A stretch of 64,000 nucleotides of DNA from Anaeromyxobacteraceae bacterium (lineage in GTDB: Bacteria; Myxococcota; Myxococcia; Myxococcales; Anaeromyxobacteraceae): positions 224,001 through 288,000 of the forward strand of contig JASGHJ010000002.1 of assembly GCA_047602405.1 (NCBI GenBank), given 5' to 3'. The position numbers were made by a program, and so were the translations under genes. The notes below the pieces were generated by a model, which worked only from the letters and a program-made list of their open reading frames with translations, searched no databases and was not told where the DNA came from. Positions 49,654 to 61,764 of the stretch are shown here, one piece after another. How positions within the stretch are numbered: the first letter of the stretch is position 1; every line of letters begins with the position of its first letter.

Positions 49654-51360
49654 CTACCTCTCCGCGTTCACGTACCGGAACCACGTGAGCCCGTCGACCA
49701 TCGCGTCGCCGGTGCCCGGGTTCCACCGCGGCGGCTCCTCCCGCCAGCGCTCCTCCAGTCTCGCGGCGAGCCCCCGGGCGTGGTCGAGGTACCCGCGGCG
49801 GAGCGCGGCCGCCTCCTCGTCGGTGAGCTCCGCCCGGCTCTGCTCCGCCGGCGGGACACCGTGGCGGGCGGCGCGCTCGACGGAGGCGAGGTCGAGCCCC
49901 ACCGGCCGCGGGTCGACGGGCTGCGAGCCGGCCACGGTCCAGAGCCCGTCCTTCAGCCCGAGCCGGTACAGCGGCACGAACGCCTCGCCGTGGTCGGCGA
50001 CGAACTCGACGGCGGAGAGCAGGAACTCCACCTCGTCCTCGGTCGCGTAGTAGGGCAGGGAGAGCCGCACCCAGCCCGGCTTCAGGCCCGTCACGCCGCA
50101 CGAGATGGCGGAGCGCAGCTCCTCGGAGCGGGCCCGGTCGATGCCGAGCAGCCGGTGCCCGTACGGCCCGGCGCACGAGCAGCCGGCGCGGTTCTGGATG
50201 CCGAAGAGGTGGTCGAGGAGCGCCGAGACGAGGTCGTGGTGCAGCCCCTCGACGTTGAACGAGAGGATCGGCAGCCGGGGCGCGTCGTGCGGGCCGTAGA
50301 GCGTGAGCCGCGGGTGCCGCGCGAGGCGCGCGATCGCCCGGGCCCCGAGCGCGGTCTCGTGCTCGAGGATCCGCGCGGGCCCCACGAGCTCCTTCACCTG
50401 GAAGGCGAGGCCGGCCCGGATGTCGCCGAGGATGTCGGGCGTGCCCCCCTCCTCGCGCTCGGCGAGGTGCGGCGTGTAGTCGACGGAGTGGCGCTCGAAG
50501 GCGGCGACGTACTCGACCGTGCCGCCGCCGGGGCGCTCCGGGGTCTCGCTGCGGAAGAGGCGCCGGTGGGCGACGAGCACGCCCGAGCCCTCCGGGCCGC
50601 CCATGAACTTGTGCGTCGAGACGAAGATCGCGTCGATCGCCTCGGCGGGATCGCCCGGGTGGAGGTCGATCGGCACGTAGGGGCCGGCCGCGGCGTAGTC
50701 CACGCAGGCGGCGTAGCCGTGGGCGTGCAGGATCCGGGTCACCGCGCGCACGTCGGTGAGCGCGCCGGTCACGTTGGACGCGGCCGAGAAGGCGCCGATG
50801 CGGAGGGGCCGGTCCGCGTGCGCGCGGGCCTTCGCCTCGAGGTCGGCGAGGTCCATCTGGCCGGCGGCGTCGAGGCCGATCTCCACCACCTCGGCCACCG
50901 ACTCGAGCCACGGCAGCTCGTTCGAGTGGTGCTCGAACGGCGACACGAGCACGATCGGCCGCTCGGCGGCGGGGATGTGGCGGGCGAGGTGATACTGGCG
51001 GTCAAGCGGCTCCGAGATGCGCAGGCCCAGGAGGCCGACGAGCTTGTTCACCGCCGCGGTCGCGCCGCTCCCCACGAAGAGCACGACGTCGTCCGGCGAG
51101 GCGTGGACCGAGCGCGCGATGGCGGCGCGGGCCTCCTCGCGCAGGCGCGACATGGTGCGGCCGGTCGTGGAGATGTGGGTGTGCGTGTTGGCGTAGTAGG
51201 GGCGGATCGCGGCGACCAGCTCGTCGACGAAGCCGAGCGCCCGGCCGGTCGCGGTCAGGTCGGCGTAGGTGACGAGCCGCTTCCCGAACGGGGTGGCGAC
51301 GAACGTGCGCCTCCCCACCTCGGAGCGCCGCAGCAGGGTGACCGCCTCGTCGAAGGTCAT
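49654..51360 (-). CDS. Class V PLP-dependent aminotransferase / cysteine desulfurase-like enzyme
   Basis: [30 protein letters not shown] (PLP Lys), EEGGTP, RAGCSCA. Confidence 0.9.
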   Translation of the reverse strand: MTFDEAVTLLRRSEVGRRTFVATPFGKRLVTYADLTATGRALGFVDELVAAIRPYYANTHTHISTTGRTMSRLREEARAAIARSVHASPDDVVLFVGSGATAAVNKLVGLLGLRISEPLDRQYHLARHIPAAERPIVLVSPFEHHSNELPWLESVAEVVEIGLDAAGQMDLADLEAKARAHADRPLRIGAFSAASNVTGALTDVRAVTRILHAHGYAACVDYAAAGPYVPIDLHPGDPAEAIDAIFVSTHKFMGGPEGSGVLVAHRRLFRSETPERPGGGTVEYVAAFERHSVDYTPHLAEREEGGTPDILGDIRAGLAFQVKELVGPARILEHETALGARAIARLARHPRLTLYGPHDAPRLPILSFNVEGLHHDLVSALLDHLFGIQNRAGCSCAGPYGHRLLGIDRARSEELRSAISCGVTGLKPGWVRLSLPYYATEDEVEFLLSAVEFVADHGEAFVPLYRLGLKDGLWTVAGSQPVDPRPVGLDLASVERAARHGVPPAEQSRAELTDEEAAALRRGYLDHARGLAARLEERWREEPPRWNPGTGDAMVDGLTWFRYVNAER

Positions 51361-51587
51361 GGGAGCGGGTTCTTATCAGCCCCGGGACCGGCGACGCCAG
51401 GCTGGCCGCCGGCGGCGGACCGATCGACGCGTCGCTCTCCTGCCGGGTGGACCCTAGGAGGTGTCCCCGATCCGGTCGGCAGCGGTCGATTGCGCCCTCG
51501 AAGAACCGGGGCCGGTCCGCGGTTAGATCGGTGTACCCTTGTCCCCTTGGGCCGGCTCCCCGCCGGGCCCGCGAAGGAGCAACAGAC

Positions 51588-54018
<2,431 letters not shown>

Positions 54019-54097
54019 GGCCGGCGCGGGGGAGGGGAACGCCACCCCGTGACGGTGGCGGTGCCTCGGGCCCGCCTCCGGGTGGCGTTTCCGATGG

Positions 54098-54362
54098 GTC
54101 GCCTCGCGGGGTCTCTCCGCTCCTCGGGCCCAGGGCAACGTCCCGCCGCGTCGGGGATCCTGGAGACGGCACCGAGCTGCTGGAGACCCGCGGCACCACC
54201 ACGTGCGCCATGCGAGGCGGGGAGCGTGGTGATGGGCGAACGGCGGTGACGAGCGCGGGCGGCATCGGCCGCCTCGCATGACACACTTGGTGCAGATCGC
54301 GGCTCCGATCTTGGGCGGGCCAGCCGTGGGCCCTGCGGTGCGGAGAGACCCCGCGAGGCGGC
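54098..54362 (+). repeat. ~260-nt long palindromic structured element, copy B
   Basis: Terminal arms gtcgcctcgcggggtctctccgc / gcggagagaccccgcgaggcggc; core homologous to the reverse complement of 55365-55627. Confidence 0.85.
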
Positions 54363-54411
54363 ATGGGAAGCGTAGCGATGGGGTGAGGCAGTCTGGTCCA
54401 ACGTTTGTGTT

Positions 54412-54521
54412 GGCCGGATCGCCGGGCCTCTCTGCCCGCGGGGCTTCCGCAGACCCGCCCAAGATCGGAGCTGAGATCAGCGCGAAGCATGCCAGGCGCA
54501 GCACTGCCTAGCCAGGACGGC
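54412..54521 (-). repeat. Partial copy C of the same element
   Basis: First 26 nt identical to 55375-55400; cccgcccaagatcggagc shared with copy B. Confidence 0.8.
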
Positions 54522-54532
54522 TTCCAACCCGC

Positions 54533-55183
54533 TCAGCGGTTCCTCCCGGGCTTCTGCTCGACGGTCCTGATCGCCTTCTCGGCTTCTGATGCCTCGCCCG
54601 GGCGCCCGCATTTCCTCAGGACCTTTACCACCTGATCGCCGAACTCTTCCGCCTGCTCCGGCTGAAAGAGCCTCGCTGCCGCAACCAAGTGCGCTGATCC
54701 GCGCTCGACATCGCCCTGCTCAATGAGATCGTATCCGAGCTGAAGACGGCCCATAGCGAAATTGGGGTCCCTTCGAACGAGTTCCCGAATCTCTCGGCGC
54801 CGCTCGTCAGCATCGAGGAGCATGGTAGTGAACGTGTACCGCGCGTGCGAGTCAGCGGGTCGCAGCTTCAGGTACTCGCGATAGTAGGAATACGCGAGGG
54901 CCTTGTACTTCGGACGCTCCTCCTCCGTTGCATGCTGGGACGCGAAAACCCACGCGGCATCTCCCAGCAAGAGATTCGCTTCCGCGAGCTTGGCGCAACC
55001 CTCCGCAAGCGCCCGCTGGAGCTCGCGAATGCCCTCCCCAACCCCCTCCCGATTGCCCCCTTCCGCGTCGTAGACGTGAAGCTGAATCAGCCTCGACCCC
55101 TTTTCAAAGTGGACACACGGCTCGCCCACAGTCTGCTGCGGAGTCGACAGACACGACACGAGGATAAGGGAAAGAGGAGTCAT
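54533..55183 (-). CDS. Low-GC hypothetical helical-repeat (TPR-like) protein, probably exported
   Basis: 216-aa ORF with hydrophobic N-terminus and DPNFAMGRLQLG TPR-like segment; two hand-counted 60-nt lines are 32/60 G+C; alternative start 55210. Confidence 0.7.
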   Translation of the reverse strand: MTPLSLILVSCLSTPQQTVGEPCVHFEKGSRLIQLHVYDAEGGNREGVGEGIRELQRALAEGCAKLAEANLLLGDAAWVFASQHATEEERPKYKALAYSYYREYLKLRPADSHARYTFTTMLLDADERRREIRELVRRDPNFAMGRLQLGYDLIEQGDVERGSAHLVAAARLFQPEQAEEFGDQVVKVLRKCGRPGEASEAEKAIRTVEQKPGRNR

Positions 55184-55364
55184 CTGTGGTTCCAGTCCCT
55201 GTCTTCGCATGTTGTCTCGGTCGGAGGAGAATTCCCGCCGAGTGCCCGGCGCGCTGCCGTGAATACAATGCACCGGTCCAGCGCTTGTGTCCGAACAGTC
55301 AATCCATGGCGCCCGTGCCGATCCCACGGTTGCGTTCGCCATCCCTCCTCGACCCACCCACACC

Positions 55365-55627
55365 GATCGTAGGCGGCCGGATCGCCGGGCCTCTCTGCCC
55401 CGCAGGGCCTTCGGCTGGCCCGCCCAAAGACGGAGCCGCGATCTGCACGGAGCGTGACAGCCGAGCCGGAGACGTCACCCTGGCGGCGGCGTCGCGCTCG
55501 GCTGGCACGCGTGGACGTGCCGCGGGTCTCCAGCAGCGCGGCGCCGTCTCCAGGATCCCTGCCGCGGCGGGCCTTTGCCCAACGGCCCGAGGAGCGGAGA
55601 GGCCCGGCGAGCCGGCCGCCCACGGTC
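55365..55627 (-). repeat. ~260-nt long palindromic structured element, copy A
   Basis: Terminal arms ggcggccggatcgccgggcctctc / gagaggcccggcgagccggccgcc with nested internal stems. Confidence 0.85.
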
Positions 55628-55646
55628 ACCCCTGAGAGGAAACGCG

Positions 55647-57258
55647 CTAGAGGAGCTTGAGCGTCGCCGGATACGTCGGGGCACGCCGGGCCTTCGCCGC
55701 CTGCTCGAAGGCGTACGCGAGGGCGAGCAGCCTCGGCTCGGACCACGCGCGGCCGAAGAACGACAGGCCCACCGGCAGCCCGCGGACGTCGCCGGCGGGG
55801 ACCGTGACGTGGGGCGTGCCCGCGACCGCGGCGAAGGTGGAGGAGGACGGGCCGAAGTGGTCGCCGTTCACGAGATCGGTCACCCAGGCCGGCCCGTCGG
55901 TCGGCCCGATGAAGGCGTCGAGCCGCTCCTTCTCGAGCCCCGCCTCGAGCTCCCGGCGGGCGGCCGCGCAGGCCTCCTTCGCGGCGAGGTACTCGGGCGC
56001 GTCGAGGCCGCCCTTCGCGGCGCCCTGCACGACGAGCTCCTGGCCGAACCAGGCGAGCTCCTCGGCGGCGTGGGCCTCGTTGAAGGCGGCGATGTCGGCG
56101 AGCCCGCGGAGCTTCCCGCCGCGGCGGGCGAGGTAGGCCGCCATGTCGGCCTTGTACTCGTGGAGCAGCACCTGCAGCTCGGCGGCCTCGTAGGACTTCG
56201 AGGTGAGCTCCACCTCGACGAGCGTCGCGCCGCGCGCGCGGAGGAGCTCGAAGGCGGCGCGCATCACCCGGTCGACCGCGGCGTGCTGGCCGAGGAGTCC
56301 TTTCACGACGCCGAGCCGGGCGCCCGCGAGCGCCCCGGCGTCGAGGCCTGCGAGGTAGTCCCGCGGGCCCGGCCGCCCCGCGGCGCCGGTCGCCGGGTCC
56401 TCGGGGTCCGCCCCGTCGAGCGCGCCGAGCAGGATCGCGGCGTCGCGGACCGAGCGCGCCATCGGCCCCGCGGTGTCCTGGCTGTGCGCGATGGGGATGA
56501 TGCCCGTCCGCGACACGAGCCCGATCGTCGGCTTCACGCCCACGAGCCCGCACAGGCTGGAGGGGCTCACGATCGAATCCGTCGGTCTCGGTCCCGACCG
56601 CGACCGGCACGAGGCTCGCGGCGACCGCGGCGGCGGAGCCGGAGGAGGAGCCGGAGCAGTTGCGGTCGAGGGCGTAGGGGTTCCGGGTGAGGCCGCCGCG
56701 CCCGCTCCAGCCGGAGGTCGAGCGGTCGCCGCGCAGGTTCGCCCACTCGGAGAGGTTGGTCTTCCCGAGCAGCACCGCCCCCGCGGCGCGGAGCCGCTCG
56801 ACGACGAACGCGTCCTTCGCCGGGCGGGGCGCGTCCACGAGCGCGAGCGAGCCGGCGGTGGTGAGCATGCGGTCGGCGCTGTCGACGTTCTCCTTCACGA
56901 GCACCGGGATGCCGTGGAGCGGCCCGCGCACCTTGCCGGCGGCGCGCTCCCGGTCGAGCGCCTCGGCGATGGCGAAGGCGTCGGGGTTGGTCTCGACGAC
57001 GGCGCGCAGCGCCGGGCCCCGACGGTCGACGGCCTCGATGCGGGCGAGGCACGCGTCCGCGAGCGCGCGGGCGGTGAGCTTGCCCGCGGCGAGCGCCGCG
57101 CCGAGGCCGGCGAGCGTCGCCTCCTCGAGCGCGGCCTCCGACCGCCGCACCGCGTGGTCGGGGGCGGCCGCGCGGGGCCGGGAGGCGCCCATCGCGAGCG
57201 AGCCACCGGCGGCGAGGGAGAGGCCGAGGAACGGCCGGCGGCCGAGGCGAGGCGGCAT
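55647..57258 (-). CDS. Amidase-signature family amidase with Tat signal (apparent +1 frameshift at ~56576)
   Basis: GRRPFLG Tat motif; GPLHGIPVLVKEN, GKTNLSEW, GSSSGS; deleting one base restores GTETDGSIVSP. Confidence 0.9.
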
Positions 57259-57272
57259 GTGAACCTCCGTGG

Positions 57273-59159
57273 TCAGCGCGCGGGGGCGCGCGTGTTCCGG
57301 GGCGGGGCGAGGTCGATGGTCTGGCGCACGCGGAGCGCGAGCGCGTCCGGCGTGAAGGGCTTCGGCAGGAACGGTCCCTCGAGCGAGTCCGGGCCGTTCG
57401 CGAGGAAGCCGGAGATGAACAGGACCGGCAGCTCGGGGCGGAGCTGGCGGAGCTTCCGGGCGAGCGCGCGCCCGTCCATGCCCGGCATGGCGACGTCGGT
57501 CACGAGCAGGTCCACCCGCTCGAGGCCGGAGGCCGCGAGGTGGAGCGCGCCCTCGCCGTCGGCCGCGGTGAGGACGGCGTAGCCGCGCCGCTCGAGGGCG
57601 CGGGCGGCGAGCGCGCGGACGTTCGGGTCGTCCTCCACGAGGAGCACCGTCTCGGTGCCCCGCGGCGTCGCGGTCTCGGGCGCCGGGGCCGGCGCCTCGG
57701 CGGCCGCCTGGCGCGCGCGCGGCAGGAAGACGGAGATGCGCGTGCCGCGGCCGGGCGCGGAGCGCACGCCGATGGTGCCGCCGGCCTGCTGGACGATGCC
57801 CTGCGCGGCGGCGAGGCCGAGGCCGCTGCCGCGGCCGGGCGGCTTCGTGGTGAAGAAGGGCTCGAACATCCGCGCCCGCGTCCCGGCGTCCATGCCGTGG
57901 CCGGTGTCCTCGACCGAGATCCGCACCCACTCGCCCGCCGGGACCCGGCTCGCGTCCTCGCCGCGCGTCCCCATCCCGAGCACCTCGTTGGCGGTCTCGA
58001 GGCGGAGCGAGCCGCCCTCCGGCATCGCGTCGCGGGCGTTCACGATCAGGTTGAGGAGGAGCTGCTCGAGCTGGCCGGGGTCGATCACGACCATCCAGGG
58101 CTGCTCGGCGAGGGCCAGGCGCCGGTGGATGCGCGGCCCGAGGAGCGGGACCGCCATGCGGTCGAGCTGCACGAGCACCTGGTTCGGGTCGAGCACCTTC
58201 GCGGCCGAGGGCTGCCGGCGGGCGTAGGTGAGGAGCTGGCGGGTCAGGCGCGCGGCGCGCTCCGCCGCCTCGGTGGCCACGTCGGCGTCGTGGGCCGCCT
58301 CGGAGCCGGGCGGCAGGGCGTCGCGCACGAGGGCGACGTGCCCGATGACCGCGGTGAGGAGGTTGTTGAAGTCGTGGGCCAGGCCCCCGGCGAGCTGGCC
58401 GATGGTCTCCTGCCGCTGCGCGTCCTGCACCGCCCGGTCGCGGCGGAGGAGCTCCTCGGTGGCGCGCTCGGCGCGGCGGCGCTCGGTGCCGATCGACGCG
58501 GCGAGCATGCCCGCCGCGAACATGCCGTAGGTGAGGTGGACCACGAAGTAGGAGAGGTAGAGCGCCTCGCCGCTGCTCGTCCACGGGCTCGCGACGAAGA
58601 CCTCGACCGTCAGGTCCCACAGGTCGGAGAACGCGATCACCGCGAGGGAGAACCCGAGCAGGCGCGACGGCGGCGCGGTGTCCGCGCGCAGGACGAGCCA
58701 GGCCAGCGTGCCGGTGAGGCACAGGCCGATGGCGTAGGTGCGGAACGGGATCGCAATCCACCCCGGCCCGCCGGCGGCCACCCAGGCCTGCGTGCCGACG
58801 CTCAGGGAGGCGAGCCCGATCACCGCGACGGCGACGGCGACGAGCGAGCGCCACGGCGGCGGGCGGTGGCCCAGGAAGTCGAGCACGCCGAGGGCGAGGA
58901 ACGCGCGCGCCCCGAGCGCGCCGAAGGTCATGCCGGCGCGGGCGGCCACCCAGCCCGGCGAGTTGGGCGGGAAGCCCTGGTAGTTCATCCACCCGTCGAG
59001 GATCCAGACCCCGAGGTAGATCGCCCAGTAGGCCGACCACAGCAGCAGGTACCGCTGCCGGTAGAGGCGCCAGGTGTAGGCGAGCGCGAGCGCGAGGACG
59101 GCCGAGAAGGCCCCCGAGGAGACCACGCTCTGGACGATGGCTTCGCGCGCGCCGGACAT
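57273..59159 (-). CDS. Hybrid sensor kinase (multi-TM sensor, HisKA, HATPase, receiver)
   Basis: ~7 TM segments; AHDFNNLL; NARDAM; FEPFFTTK; VEDD...VTDVAMP...KPF. Confidence 0.93.
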   Translation of the reverse strand: MSGAREAIVQSVVSSGAFSAVLALALAYTWRLYRQRYLLLWSAYWAIYLGVWILDGWMNYQGFPPNSPGWVAARAGMTFGALGARAFLALGVLDFLGHRPPPWRSLVAVAVAVIGLASLSVGTQAWVAAGGPGWIAIPFRTYAIGLCLTGTLAWLVLRADTAPPSRLLGFSLAVIAFSDLWDLTVEVFVASPWTSSGEALYLSYFVVHLTYGMFAAGMLAASIGTERRRAERATEELLRRDRAVQDAQRQETIGQLAGGLAHDFNNLLTAVIGHVALVRDALPPGSEAAHDADVATEAAERAARLTRQLLTYARRQPSAAKVLDPNQVLVQLDRMAVPLLGPRIHRRLALAEQPWMVVIDPGQLEQLLLNLIVNARDAMPEGGSLRLETANEVLGMGTRGEDASRVPAGEWVRISVEDTGHGMDAGTRARMFEPFFTTKPPGRGSGLGLAAAQGIVQQAGGTIGVRSAPGRGTRISVFLPRARQAAAEAPAPAPETATPRGTETVLLVEDDPNVRALAARALERRGYAVLTAADGEGALHLAASGLERVDLLVTDVAMPGMDGRALARKLRQLRPELPVLFISGFLANGPDSLEGPFLPKPFTPDALALRVRQTIDLAPPRNTRAPAR

Positions 59160-59169
59160 CGAACGGGCA

Positions 59170-60003
59170 TCATCGCACACCCGGGGAGCCGGGATCCTCC
59201 CCACCCGGCCAATCGGCCGTGATCCGCGCGTAGTAGCGCTCGGCGCCGCGCGCGCTCGGGAGCGGCGTGAGGCCGAGCCGCGCGAGGTCCCAGCCCGGGG
59301 CGCCGTCCTTCACGACCACCCAGCGGCGTGCGACGCGCCGGGCCGCCGACACGGACCCAGAGTCGATGGGCGCCGGCTCGGCCAGCCGGCGGACCACGTC
59401 GAAGCCGCCCGGCTCGGCGCGCGCGTGCCGGAACATCGGATCGAAGACGACGACGTCGACGCTCGCGGTGGGCAGCCCCGCGAGGACCGCGGCGTGGTCG
59501 CCGGCGCGGACCTCGACCCGCGAGGCCGCGGGGTCGTCGAGGCGGCGCAGGCCCTCGTCCACCCACGCCGCGAGCGCCGGCGCCCGCTCGACGCCGATCA
59601 CGCGGCCGCCGGGCCCGACCGCCTCCGCCGCGACGAGCGCGTCGGCCCCGAGCCCCAGCGTCGCGTCGAGCACGTGGTCGCCCGGCCGGAGCGCGCACGC
59701 CTCGAGGAAGGGATCCCGGCGCGTGCCGCCGGGCGGGGCGCGCCCGGCGGCGACGTCGCGCAGCCGCTTCACCCTGAGCGCACCCATCCCGGGGGACCAC
59801 GGGTGCGCCTCGCCGTCGATCACGAGCAGGCTGCGGGTCCGGGACAGCACGAGCAGCGCCTCGACGCCGGCGGCGCTCCGGACCACCCCGAGGCCGGTGT
59901 TGCCCCGGGGCGCGTAGGCGACGCCGTGCCGCCGGGCCGCGTCGGCCGCGGCGGCCTCCTCGGCCGGCGACGGGCGGAGCGGGGTGGTGACGGCGAACCT
60001 CAC
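59170..60003 (-). CDS. Class I SAM-dependent methyltransferase (RsmJ-like)
   Basis: VLDATLGLGADA, VVVFDPMF, VVVK. Confidence 0.85.
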   Translation of the reverse strand: MRFAVTTPLRPSPAEEAAAADAARRHGVAYAPRGNTGLGVVRSAAGVEALLVLSRTRSLLVIDGEAHPWSPGMGALRVKRLRDVAAGRAPPGGTRRDPFLEACALRPGDHVLDATLGLGADALVAAEAVGPGGRVIGVERAPALAAWVDEGLRRLDDPAASRVEVRAGDHAAVLAGLPTASVDVVVFDPMFRHARAEPGGFDVVRRLAEPAPIDSGSVSAARRVARRWVVVKDGAPGWDLARLGLTPLPSARGAERYYARITADWPGGEDPGSPGVR

Positions 60004-60081
60004 CCCACCGTTGTCCCCGCCGCGGGCCCCGCCTGCAAGTCCGGCGCGCGCGCGGGCCCCGGCCGCGATAGAACGTCGGGC

Positions 60082-61086
60082 ATGAGCCTGCCCGTGCTCC
60101 CGATCCACGACCCGGTCGCCCACCCCGCCGCCGGCTCCGACCTCGCCCCCGACGCGGTCCGGGCGCTCGAGGAGGAGATCCGCGCCCTCGCGAAGCAGAA
60201 GGACGCGGTCATCCTCGCCCACAACTACCAGCTGCCCGAGGTGCAGCGGGTGGCCGACCACGTCGGCGACTCCCTGCAGCTCGCGATCACCGGCAAGCAG
60301 GTGCCGCAGTCGACCATCGTGTTCTGCGGCGTGCACTTCATGGCCGAGTCGGCGTGCGTGCTCGCGCCCGGCAAGCGGGTGCTCCTGCCCAACCTCTCGG
60401 CCGGCTGCTCGCTCGCGGACTCCATCACGCCCGAGTCGCTCGAGGACTGGAAGGAGCGGTACCCGGGCCACGCCGTCGTCACCTACGTGAACTCGACGGC
60501 GGAGGTGAAGGCGCTCTCCGACGTCTGCTGCACGAGCGCCAACGCCGCCTCGGTGGTGCGCTCGCTCCCGGAGCAGAAGATCCTCTTCACCCCCGACCGC
60601 AACCTCGGCGCCTGGGTGAAGGCGAAGGTCCCCGAGAAGGAGGTCGTGGTCTACGACGGCGCGTGCCCGGTGCACGACGTGCTCCGCTCGTCGAACGTCG
60701 AGAAGGTGAAGCGGGACCGGCCCGAGGCGGTGATCATCGCCCACCCGGAGTGCCGCGCCGACGTCCTCGAGATCGCGGACGAGGTCTGCTCGACCACGGC
60801 GATGCTGGGCGCGGTCGGGCGCCACCCGTCGGCGAGGACCTTCATCGTCGCGACCGAGCACGGCATCGTGCACCAGATGCGCACCCGCTACCCCGACAAG
60901 GAGTTCGTGATCGCGGACGGCTGCCTCGGGTGCCGCATGCACTGTCCGTACATGAAGATGATCGACCTCGTGATGGTCCGGGACGCGCTCCTGCGCGAGC
61001 GCCACGTGATCACGGTGCCGGACGACGTCGCCGCCGGCGCCCGCCGCGCCCTGGAGCGGATGATCGCGGTCCCCCGGGACGCCTGA
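60082..61086 (+). CDS. nadA: Quinolinate synthase
   Basis: ILAHNYQ, GDS, FCGVHFMAE, AGCSLAD, YVNS, CPVH, AHPEC, CPYMK. Confidence 0.96.
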   Translation: MSLPVLPIHDPVAHPAAGSDLAPDAVRALEEEIRALAKQKDAVILAHNYQLPEVQRVADHVGDSLQLAITGKQVPQSTIVFCGVHFMAESACVLAPGKRVLLPNLSAGCSLADSITPESLEDWKERYPGHAVVTYVNSTAEVKALSDVCCTSANAASVVRSLPEQKILFTPDRNLGAWVKAKVPEKEVVVYDGACPVHDVLRSSNVEKVKRDRPEAVIIAHPECRADVLEIADEVCSTTAMLGAVGRHPSARTFIVATEHGIVHQMRTRYPDKEFVIADGCLGCRMHCPYMKMIDLVMVRDALLRERHVITVPDDVAAGARRALERMIAVPRDA

Positions 61087-61194
61087 GCCGGCGCCCGCGG
61101 GGTCGCCCTCGGGCCCGCCGCCGGGCGCGGACCAACTGGGGCTGTGCGTCCGAGCGCAGGACGCCCCGCGGCGGGCGCGTTATCGTCCTCGAGG

Positions 61195-61668
61195 ATGCAC
61201 CTCGTGCCGCGCGAGACCCTGACGGTGGAGCTCGGGCTCCCGCCGGGCGTCGCGCGGGCGGCCCTGCGGCGGATGATCGAGACGGCCGAGCCGCCGGCGC
61301 TGTTCCGCGCCGGCGACGGCCTCGCCGGCGAGGAGGTCGGCGGCGAGCTGATCGTGCGGATCGTGCCGGCGGCCGGCTCCATGGCGCTCTTCGAGGCGCG
61401 CGCGCGCGTCGAGCCCACCGAGGCGGGCTCGCGGGTGCGGCTCCTCGTGGGCCCGCGGCCGGGTGCGACCTCGTTCTTCTGGTCGCTCGGCTCGCTCGTC
61501 GTGTCGGCGGGGATCGTGCTCCTCGTGTTCGGCCACCCGGCGGGTGCGGTGACGCTGTGCCTGCCGCTCCTCGGCTGGTGGGGCCGGTTCGTGGGCGAGA
61601 GCGTACGCCTCGTCCGCGTCGTCCGGGGGCTCGCGGGCGGTCGCACGCGGGCAGTTCTCTTTCGGTGA
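61195..61668 (+). CDS. Hypothetical membrane protein
   Basis: 157 aa with two C-terminal TM segments. Confidence 0.7.
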   Translation: MHLVPRETLTVELGLPPGVARAALRRMIETAEPPALFRAGDGLAGEEVGGELIVRIVPAAGSMALFEARARVEPTEAGSRVRLLVGPRPGATSFFWSLGSLVVSAGIVLLVFGHPAGAVTLCLPLLGWWGRFVGESVRLVRVVRGLAGGRTRAVLFR

Positions 61669-61729
61669 AGTGCCGGAAATGCCCTGGAATGACGGGTTGA
61701 TGCCGTCCCGGTGGGCGCGGTCCGTCGGT

Positions 61730-61758
61730 TTGACACCCTCCCGGGCACCGGCTATGGA
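61730..61758 (+). promoter_or_regulatory. Sigma70-type promoter, probably giving a leaderless mRNA
   Basis: TTGACA-17 bp-TATGGA, 6 nt before GTG 61765. Confidence 0.55.
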
Positions 61759-61764
61759 TTCCCC

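Noticed and set aside
54098..54362. The long element as a cobalamin or glycine riboswitch, group II intron remnant or retron msr-msd
   Set aside because: It lies 3' of genes, lacks the diagnostic motifs as far as I can see, and no reverse transcriptase is nearby. Needs an Rfam scan to exclude formally.
54395..54417. ggtccaac-gtttgt-gttggcc as an integron attC site
   Set aside because: Has an RYYYAAC-like half but is far too short, lacks L boxes, and no integron integrase is present.
61090..61180. Imperfect hairpin after nadA
   Set aside because: Single copy with many mismatches; at most a terminator-like structure.
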